From Penicillus capitatus (taxonomy: Eukaryota > Plantae > Chlorophyta): a stretch of DNA of 64,000 nt. The notes below the pieces were generated by a model. The model saw nothing but the letters and a program-made list of their open reading frames with translations, made no database searches and was not told the origin of the DNA. Positions within the stretch are counted from its first letter, which is position 1; every line of letters begins with the position of its first letter. The DNA lies in NCBI GenBank assembly GCA_965649825.1, contig OZ287707.1, positions 238,192 through 302,191 on the forward strand, written 5' to 3'. Shown here piece by piece: positions 39,892 to 50,200 of the stretch. The position numbers and the translations under genes are program-made.

Positions 39892-39966
39892 TACACGTAT
39901 TCTTGTTCCCTGACAATTTCTTTAAGATGGATTCGCTCCGAGCGACGCGTGTGTTTGTGCATTTCC

Positions 39967-40916
39967 ATGGCAACCGGCTGCATCGAAGCTATCCGAAAAT
40001 GGACGCGTGCTCTCTTGGCGACGGCAAAACAGAACGGCTACAACTGGCTGTGTTTCTGTATCCTAATGGCCGTCGAGGTCGTGTTGGAGGAAACGATGAA
40101 ACCAACGGCGCGCTATCTCTCGCCCAGTGAATGGGATGACGTCCAATATCCGAAGAAGAGCGAAACTGTGCCGCCGAGCTGGGTGTTTGTTATCGGGCTG
40201 GCTGTTCCTATCGTGGTTGTCACGTTGTATCACTTTCTGTATGGCTGTGAGATTCGAGAATATCACGACCTCCTGTTTGGCATTGTTATGAATGTGGCTC
40301 TCACGGGCGTTACGACAGACGTGTTGAAGACCGCATTGGGTCGCCCGCGTCCGGACTTCTACGAACGGTGTTTTGGACACACCTATGATGGCACAGAAAT
40401 ACTTGCCACGGGACGAAAACCGGACTGCACAAACACAAACGAAAGCACCATAGAAGAGGGCAGGAAGAGCTTTCCGAGCGGTGAGGGGTTTCATCATGCA
40501 TCGTGTGTGTGACGATGATCATGTTCACAGGACACGCTTCTCTGTCGATGTGCTCCATGTTTTTTCTAACGCTTTTCGTCATCGGAAAATTGCATGCCTT
40601 CGATGGGAAGGGTCATGCATGGAGGTGGATCGTGAGTCTGCTGCCGATCGGCGTCAGCGTTGCCGTCGGTGTCACACGCATTCTCGACTACCGACACTTC
40701 TGTACAGATGTATTGTCTGGATGGTGTCTGGGTATTGTATTTGCTACGATACTGTATCTGACATACTATCCATGGCCCTTTGCCAAGACTGGAACATCAA
40801 CTCCGCTCTACAAGGCATCCGATCAAGTTCAGAGTCGAAATCACATTCATTTAGAGAGTGAAGCAGAAAATGACATAGAACATGAAGGTATACAGCTTCT
40901 GTCCATGACTCTCTGA
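39967..40916 (+). CDS. Lipid phosphate phosphatase (PAP2/LPP family)
   Basis: The C1 motif KTALGRPRPDF, C2 motif SFPSG|HAS and C3 motif TRILDYRHFCTDVLSG are present, with about 6 TM segments. The start could instead be 39927. Confidence 0.92.
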
Positions 40917-40979
40917 CAAACCGTTACCCCATTTGACTCGAACACAGCCAGAGATCGGACTCCAGAAGATGGTATCGTG

Positions 40980-40984
40980 TGTAA
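40980..40984 (+). promoter_or_regulatory. TGTAA polyadenylation signal (LPP 3' UTR)
   Basis: TGTAA lies 64 nt after the LPP stop. Confidence 0.5.
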
Positions 40985-41013
40985 CGATGTTCCTATTGTC
41001 TTTAGGCGTCCCT

Positions 41014-41750
41014 CTAAGGAGCGAGTGGTACGAAACGCCGTAGTCTGTCGCCTTTTCCTTTCAAGCTGTACATGTCCGAACAAACTTGTCGGTGGTTGTT
41101 GCATGTAACTGGTTTGCTGGGCGCCGTCGAGCATGGCACCATTCCGGACTGCGTTTCAGCAAAGGAACTGGCGATACTGCCAATCATGCCACACAGGATG
41201 CCGGATGCTATGATGTGACGTGGATTTCCCGATGGCATGGTTGCCAATCCACCTGTCAGACATCCAGCGATCAGGGCATTGTACTACAGCAACGGCGATG
41301 GCGTCTGCTCGAATCCTGTGAACAGATGGGGATGTACCTTGTCTTGCTTGCCGCGAATTTTCTCCGAGGTGCAGCTCAGGATGCTCAAGAAACCAAAGAA
41401 CGAACCAAAAGACCAGGCAGCGCGTCCACAATTCTGAACCTACACACATTTAACCTCGCTCTCTTCACTCTTGATGCCAATATCAGGCAGATCAACAGAC
41501 CCTCGATCTCAACCGTTCCAATCGCCGAACTGAGAACAGAGCCGCGTTTGGCGTCGGATCGGCGCAACGAAGCCGTGTCTGTACTTGATGCTTCAGATGC
41601 GGTTGGTGGGACGTAGAGTCCCCATGCAGATCCCACCTGTGGTTCATATCCTTGGGGTCACGAGAAGTGCGCCGCACTTGCCATGGCGCCGCGTATGAAT
41701 CCATCGACGAACCGAGAATCGCACGGAATCGAGAACTGCTGTTCGACCAT
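41014..41750 (-). CDS. Tim17/Tim22/Tim23-family membrane protein
   Basis: The spliced model reads MVEQQFSIPCDSRFVDGFIRGAM|VGSAWGLY...|VQNCGRAAWSFGSFFGFLSILSCTSEKIRGKQDK|YNALIAGCLTGGL.... The first intron (41637-41681) is GC-AG with donor G|GCAAGT. Confidence 0.75.
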
Positions 41751-41899
41751 CTAGTTTCATGCCGTACAGCGTCAGATGCAGGAATTGGCAATGCGTCTTT
41801 ACATGAACAGATGTCTCAATGACGCGCATTCCTGCCTCAATTAAAACACAACCCTATCCTTTGATCGAATCAGCTGCACTGGAAGCACATCTCTCTCAC

Positions 41900-43570
41900 C
41901 TAACGACCGAACTCCTGGACATCTTTGAGATGATTCTTGTTGAATGCATCTTCGACAGAGTGGATATTGTCATGTCACAATTGTCGAGTTTAAGGACTGA
42001 GGTTGGCTGTCATTGATCGAGATGATCTCTGGCGTGTTCTCCTGTGCAGCAGATGTTGATCGATCGACATTCCGCTTATTTTTCTGAAGCGATAGTGAAT
42101 ATCTGCCGCCTTATGCAATTGGATATTTCGTCGATTCGTTTCCTCTTTAATCGTTAGCTGGAGACAAGAGTACGTCGCTCTTAGCGATGCGAAACGTCTC
42201 GCACTGAAGCCTTGGAGACATTCAACGAAGCCCGACAGGTAACTCCACTTCCCCATTACCGACCGGCACATGCCTATCACTTGTTATATCAAACATTACT
42301 CAAAAGGACGATGACCTGTCTCTCACTCCCACAGCTTTTTCCTGTCCATGCACACATGGTCGGTGCCCTCAAGCATCCATGATCCCGTAGCGATCCTGAA
42401 TTCCATAGAATATGCATTCGACATGTATGTTAGCGGTGTGAGATGTAACAGCCATACCATGAATTCCTGTTCTGTCTTTGAGAATGCTGAATCGATCTTG
42501 TGCACGGAAGCTATGTCTGCTCTCCATTCTCGCAAAACTAGGTCAAATGATCATCTCCTCTGGTGATGTGACAGGAGAGTTCTACTCTCTTTTTCTTCTT
42601 CCGAAAGGAAGCTCTCGGCCGTTTCTGGAGAGAACTCTGTCTCGGCAATCTCTTCTTCGTTCGCGATCGCCTGAATGAGATGCTCAAATCGATCATGCTG
42701 CACTCGCTGCAAGAACTGATTCAGGTCCTCTTCCTCCGTACTACAGACGCAACAGCACGATGAGATCCATGGTTCACAGTTACGGAGCCGTGCATGCTGG
42801 CCAGTCGATGACCGAGTCTGTAGAAAGCCGGATGCACATCGTTGAGGTTGAACACAGTCACACTTTCGAGAATGAGTGCTCGTGCTCTGCAGAGAAGAGA
42901 AGAGTGAGATGATCATGTGACAGAAAGACAGGAGGACTCTTTGTCGTATCCGGCAGGATAGCGTTCCAGGTTCACCTTCGATGCCAACCTCTCCACAAGC
43001 TTCAACGGCAGCTTCAGTCGCCTTCCCTCTGCAATCTGCATGACTCGGCACTGATCTCATTCCAAAGTGCATTGAAAGGAGTTTACACGGATCTCTTGAA
43101 CCGAGGCCCCCTTTTCTGTTCTGACGTTCAGACAACATAAAAAGAATCACTCGTCTCCAAGGTATATAAAGAGGCAATGAACTCACTTCATGTGCTCCTT
43201 CACTTCCGCTGTCTCTTCCTCTGTCAGTTCTTCTCTGGTCATCACGTGAAGCATCTCACGATTCCCATTTTCATTTGCATTGGTAACGAATGACAAACTC
43301 ACAGTGGACGAGACAGCTTCGTAGGCGGTCTTCCCTGCAGAGGTCCCAAATCGGCCCTTGGCTTCATCACCGTCCTGTTAACAGCAGTTTGAATCTTGGA
43401 GATCCCCCACAACGAACTTGATTCTCTGAGTCGATGAGTTCTTTCATCTCATCCCATGTCGTGCTCTGTTTGAGATCGAAGTCAGAATCCAGCTGAGTTA
43501 CACTCTCGTTCATGCATCGTAGGAAAGAGATTTCACACGTGTGACAGAAACGCATTGCGATGCCGAACAT
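41900..43570 (-). CDS. Hypothetical multi-exon protein (3' end approximate)
   Basis: A chain of intron-separated open frames includes TTWDEMKELIDSENQ|DGDEAKG, EEEDLNQFLQRVQHDRFEHLIQAIANE, YSMEFRIATGSWMLEG and RRNIQLHKAADIHYRF. No family was recognised. Confidence 0.45.
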
Positions 43571-44206
43571 GCGTTTCGTTCCATATCTGACACATCAGCT
43601 TCAGCACGCATTGGCTCTGAATGAACACCAATCGTGTTCGTCGCCGTTATGCTGGACTTTCGTCACGCCTCATGTTCCGTCGGCGTCTTCTGTTTAAGAC
43701 CGACCATTGACGTTTCGTGTCGTACTTCGAGATCTGCAAGATGTCAGTCAGGAGAGAGAAACCCGTTCGTGGGACGACAGGATATTGAAGTATGGTCATG
43801 AAGACCATGTATTTTTAATCCGTATTCGGTTGTGATAGAACCCACTTTGTTCTTCCACTGATCAATTGTGCTGATTGAAACAGGGATCATTTTTATGCGA
43901 TGTAGACAGGCAGACTCTTGTGCCGAAGGCTATGTCCACAACCAGAGAAGAGAGTGTTCAAATATTCCAACCAGACTGTCTCACCATCCAGATAACTATC
44001 TACTCAGCAGTATTGAAGTGAAGTCACTGCATCAGAGAAGATACGTCAAATCAATCTCCATCGACTGAGTTTCCCCGCCGACACGGACCTCCTGCTCATT
44101 ATCTCCATCGCGAACTCAAGTGCGAAGTTTTGCGACGGCAGGTATGCTTGCAGGTTACGGTGCGCTTCTCCTGACGAGGTGGTGTTGCGCAGACTACGAA
44201 AACAAC

Positions 44207-47200
44207 ATGCAGCCTCGAGCTCCGGATGAAGGACCAAGCAGCGGCGGACCATCCGCATCGAGAATTCGGGGTCGACCGGACGTCGAGCGCTCTGTCTTTA
44301 AGAAACGCTACGACCCGAAGCTCTTGCGTGGTGTCGCACACAAGTGCAATATCGACAGTACCAAGTCGCTAGTCGCGGCATACAACGCAGCGACGGCTGA
44401 AGACGAACGTGCTGTCCTGCTTGGATGGCTGTGCAAGTATCACGAACGAAGCGCAGACTGTCTGACCCCTGAAAATGTCATCGAGTACGCGGAACTAGCC
44501 AACATCGCCCCACTTTCTACAAGCGAGAAGGACATGTTGAGAGATCTGATAGGCGGCCTCACTTCTTGCATCTGCGAAGGAAGCTTCCTGCATCCGAGCT
44601 TCGCTGCTGCCCTCTACAGTGCACTTGTGCACGTCGATCCTTCCGCGTACGACGACGCTGAGCAACTGGTCGTCGTGGCGAGAAGACTCTTGGGCAGTCT
44701 TACTCGAGAGCCGAAGCTCACAAGGAGAACCTTTGCGAAGCATGAAGCGACGTTTTTTGCCCTCCACCAGACCTTCTTCCTGCTTCGCGAAGCCAATCAG
44801 AAACAGATACATGAAAAAGAGAAGCAGGAGTTGCGTAGAATCATTGCAGAGAAAGAGAGAACTATGAAACTCTCATGCAGGCACTATCCGGTCAATTTCC
44901 ATTTCAAAGCGCTTCGTCAGGCGGTGGAACGCCTCAAAGACGAAGACGCTGCTTCAAGAACCGCACAGGCGACTCAGTATGCCATGTGTTTATTGTGTGG
45001 ATTCGTGCACGTCCTACATTTTCTCAGAAATCTGGCAAGATGCGACATCGATCCGGAGGCCTTCGTAGATGCGTACCAAAGAAATCGAGAAGCAATTGAT
45101 GACATAGAAGTGGCGAAGCGACCGTGGTTCGACCGCTTACGAAGCCTGATGGCGAAGAGATTAGAAGCGTCGGAGAACGAAACGAAGCTCGGAGTTTTCG
45201 GGTCCGAGTTTCACGCTGCAATGGAATCGCAACAAAGGATGATAAAAAAAGAAGACTTGAAGGCACTTAGATTCGGCATCATCCAAGAGCTGAGGCTGTC
45301 GGCGAGGCAGACCGCTTGCGAAGCTGTGCGCAAAGAGGTTGCGACGAAGCTACTGATGCTAGCAACAAGTCGTGCAATCTTCGAAGAGTGGTTCGACGAT
45401 AAGGACCTCTTTACAGCGTTCTTGGATGCTCTACATGAAATCCACACAAGGAGTGACCAAAACCAAGAAACGACTGAAGCGTTCCAGCGAATGCAACAGT
45501 CTTGTGAGGGTCGTGCCGCAAGCACGTTGAAAGCGTGGTTAGGTGGTCATGCTATGGAAACCAAGCTCAAAATGCGAGATCGACAAGAAACATGCGCGGA
45601 GTACAACACGGTCTTTGTCGAGATTGCTCGGGAAGTCGGATACGTTCCCCTAAACAAGATTCGGTCTAACATTAAAGATCTGAAAGACAAATACAAGCAT
45701 GACAACTTCGCCAAAGTGAGTAGTCACTTTAGTAGTGTATCGACTACATTATGATCATGCTCGTTTCTCAGGTACCTTCTTTGTTTGGAACCGAAGTCGG
45801 ATATCACGTCAAAGAAATGGAGCATTATGTCGTCGAGTACGAAGAAAACATCGACGGGACGACGACCAAAAGAAGAGAAGACCGAGCACACGAGGGGGAA
45901 GCAGAGTATTCGTTAACTCAGAAAAGAGATCATCCACAGGAACACTACAAACAGAAGAAAAAAGTCACAAAGCCCATCTCCTTGGAGGAATTGTTCAAAC
46001 CAAGACATTTGATACCCGGCGGTTCAGAAAGCGAAGTCAGAAAGGTTCTTCTCTATGGAAATCCCGGCTCCGGAAAAACGTGCATCGGCAAAGCCATCGC
46101 GCATAAGTGGGCATTGGGAGATATCATGCAAGAGTTCGAAGCAATCTACGTCATCCCGATCAGACGCGTCAACGTCGCAAAGTTTAAAGGCCCGCAAGGT
46201 GTAACGTTGAAAGGCATGGTTGCACAAGTATGCTTCCCTGAGAGAATCGATGATAAATATGAAGACCTCTTGAATCAAGTGGAAGGCGACCTCGACTCTC
46301 CTACCACGCTGTTGATTTTCGACGGATTAGATGAAGCTGCCGACGACGCAAGAGAGCTGGTTTGTGCAGCGACGGAGCGTCTGTGCAAGTTACTGATATT
46401 AGCAAGGCCCTACAACCTTCGACGGATACGAGAGAGGGTCGAACGCGAGTTTGAATGCCTTGGGTTTAATGACCAACAGTTGACAAACTACATAAGCAAA
46501 AAACTTCAACAAGACGAAGCTTTGAGACTTATTCGTTCTTTGCAACAAGAACGGAGCTTGTGGGAAATCGCACATAATCCGGTAACGGCGCACATTCTCT
46601 GCTCTTTGTCGAGAGAACATGGAACTTCTAATGAGAATCGAGGGAGAAGCGCGAGCATGTTTAAGATCTACGACGATATGACGAACTTTTTATGGGAGAG
46701 GTTCGAAGAAGAGCCCGCGGCAAGAATGGCGATCAAAAATGTCTTTTTTGAAGATCTGGAGAAGATCGCCTTCGAGGCTCTGAGTAATGGACAAATATTA
46801 ATCGAAGAACGGACCGTTAAGAGTCATGCAACGTTCACAAACACGTCCGAAATCTTCAGAGGAAGTGGATTCCTCTTACTCGTTCTAGAAGGACAAGCGT
46901 ATCAGTTTCCTCATCTCACATTCCAGGAGTTTTTTGCTGGAAAACACATTGCCAAATGCTTGAAGAACAAAGGATCGAAAGAAGAAGAACAAGTACTAAA
47001 GTTCATTCAAGAAGGAAAATACAATCAAAAACATGCCATGACACTTTCTTTCGCAATGCATGCATTTGCAAAAGGACAAAATAAGCATGGGTTGCAAAAG
47101 ATGCTATCGATTGTCGATGAAGAACCGGTCGAAGTGCTAGGGATACAGCATTTCTTGTTGAAAATGCGAGTTCTTGAATGTATCCTAGAAGAAACTGATG

Positions 47201-50200
47201 AAAAAAACTTGGAAGACGTTCTAAAGGATGCACAAGCAATCAAGCTCGCTCAAGGTGCTTGCCAGCTGATCGAGCAAACGGTCGACGACGTTATGATCCG
47301 TGAAATCGTGATCAAAGAGTTCCAACACATGTCTTCCGTTTTGGAAGGATTTCCTCAGGTTCTCAATGGCACCATCGACAAAGTGAAGAAGCTGCTGGCC
47401 TTCTCGCAAGAGTTAACGTCAATGCAAATGGACAAAATCACAGATGTCTTGAAGCTCGCAAGACACGCTCCGAAGCACAGTTACGGGGTTACCTTGTTCA
47501 TCTTGCAGCTAGCGGAAATACCTGAGGGTTGGTGCAGTCGAAAAGAACGAATCAGAAGGCTTGGTTCACTCGCAAAACAAATGCCTCAGCACGTCGTTGA
47601 CTTTCTGCCGATGCTGGAGAGAGGCAGCGTCGGCAAAGACTCGGAAGTGCGCAAGGCGGCGTTCGATGCCATCGGGGTCGTCGTCTCGGCGGCGCCCCAG
47701 CACGCTGGCAATGTACTGCCGATCTTGGTTAAGGGGTGCGTCGACGAATACTGCGCTGTGCGTCAAGCAGCGATGGCGGCGATTGGCAGTGTCGTTGCAA
47801 CGGCGCCTCAACACGCCGACAAATATCTGCCGACGCTGGTTAAGGGGTGCGTCGACGCAAACTGCGTTGTGCGTCAAGCAGCGATGGCGGCGATTGGCAG
47901 TATCCGCGCGGCGGTGCCTCAACACGCTAGAGAGGTCCTGCCGATCTTGGTGAAGGGGTGCGTCGACAAAGACTCCGACGTGCGTCAATCGGCGATGGTG
48001 GCGATTGGCAGTGTCGTCTCGGCGGCGCCCCAGCACGCCGGCGATGTACTGCCGATCTTGGTTAACGGGTGCAATGACAAAGACTCCGACGTGCGTCAAG
48101 CGGCGATGGTGGCGATTGGCAGTGTCGTCGCGGCGGCGCCTCAACACGCCGGCGAGGTTCTTTCGACGCTGGCAAAGAAGTGCGGCGACGGAAAGTGGGC
48201 CATGCGTAAAGAAGCGATAACAGCGATTGGCAGTATCGTCGTAAAGGAGCCTCAACACGCCGACGAATCTCTGCCGACGCTGGTTAAGGGGTGCGTCGAC
48301 GAAAACTGCGTTGTGCGTCAAGCAGCGATGGCGGCGATTGGCAGTATCCTCGCGGCGGTGCCTCAACACGCTAGAGAGGTTCTGCCGACGCTGATTGAGG
48401 GGTGCGTCGACATAAACTGGAACGTTCGTAAGGCGGCGATTGTGGCGATTAGCAGTGTCGTCGTGGCGGCGCCTCAACACGCCGGCGATGTACTGCCGAC
48501 GCTGGCAAAAGGATTCGGAGACGAAGACATGGGCGTACGTCGAACGGCGATGGAGGCCATCGAGATTTTTTTCCAGATATTAACGAGTATCGCCGGCGGC
48601 GTGATGCCGCTGCCAAAAGGAGAATGTAAATATGGAAAATATGGGGCATGCCAGGATGTGACGGAAGTCTTGAAGAAAGCTGCCGAAGAACCGTTGAAGC
48701 TCGAAGGCGATCTGTTTCGAGTACTTGTGAATGGCTGTCTGGATGAAGACATTGGTGTACGCCATAAAGCAATGGACGTCATTGGGAGAGTTGTGCGGCC
48801 CCCTTCGCTTGTTGCGCGTCATCTTAAGCCAATGTTGAAGAGAGAGGGCAGAAGCAAAAACTCCCATGTACGCAGAAATGCGATGGAGGCTATTGAGAGC
48901 GTCGTGAAGGCAGCGCCACATTCTGCAGTGGATTTTTTGCCAGTATTAAAGACGGGATGTCGTGATGAAGCTTCCTACGTGCGTACAAACGCGATAAAAG
49001 CCATTGGGAATTCCGTTAGTGTTGCACTTGACGTCGCGAATGAGCTTTTGTCGATCCTGGACAAAGGGCATGCCGACGAAGATTCTGACGTCCGTGGGTC
49101 TTATATAGAAGCCATCGGCAACATCGTTAGTGTTGCGCCCCACCTCGCTTCCGGTCTGCTACGAAGGCTGACGGAAGGTAGCAGGGATAAGCACTCCGAC
49201 GTGCGCTGCACTGTGATGGAAACTGTTTCAAAATTCACAGAAGCGGAAACGAGTCTCGCAGCCAGCCTATTGGAAATTCTGAAGACTGGGTTCGAAGACG
49301 AGTCCTCAAGCACGCGCCGGAGTGCAATCAAGGGCATTGGAAGCTTCGCAGAGATGGCCCCACTCCTCGCTAACGACTTATTGGAATTGCTGAAGACAAG
49401 GTTCAGTGGCACATCTTTTAACGTGCGCCAAGATGCCGTCGATGCTGTTGTGAGCATTGTCAAAGTGGAACCGCGCCTTACGAGTAGCATTAAGAAGATG
49501 ATAGAAAAAGAGTACGAAGATGAAAGTTCTGATGTTCGTGGGAACTCGATTGAAGCGATCGGGAGAATCATCACAGCATCACCGAACATCGCCAACGACT
49601 TCCTCCCTCTGCTAAAACGAGGGTGCGACGACGAAGACTCTGATGTCCGAGCTTATGCAATCGAGGCCCTCGGTAGCTTCTACGGGGCGTCGCCAATCCT
49701 CGCGCCCGCTCTTCTACCAATGTTAGAAAAAGCTTGTGGCGATGAAGACGTCGACGTACGCCAGAATGCCGTGCTTGCCATCGGAAACATCGTAATTTCG
49801 AAACCAAACACTGCAGTCGATTTGCTGCAAAAACTAAAAGAGATGTGCGTTGACCGAAGCTCCACCGTGCGTTGCAATGCAATCGAGACCGTGGTGACCT
49901 TCGCTAAAGCGGCGACGGGCCTCGATGCAGATTTGGTGCCCTTACTAGTCCAAGGGTGTGACGACAATACATTCAGAGTGCGCCGGTCGGCAATGGATGC
50001 AATCGGAAACGTCGTCATATCAGTTCCGCAAATTAGTGGTGATCTCTTTCCGATGTTGGAAAGAGGGTGCGGTGACAGAGCCTTCCACATACGTTGTAAG
50101 GCAATAAAAGCAATAGGGAGCATGGGAAAGGCAACGCCGAACCTCGCGGACAGTTTGCTGCAATTATTGGAGCCGTCATTACAAGACACAACATCCTCTA

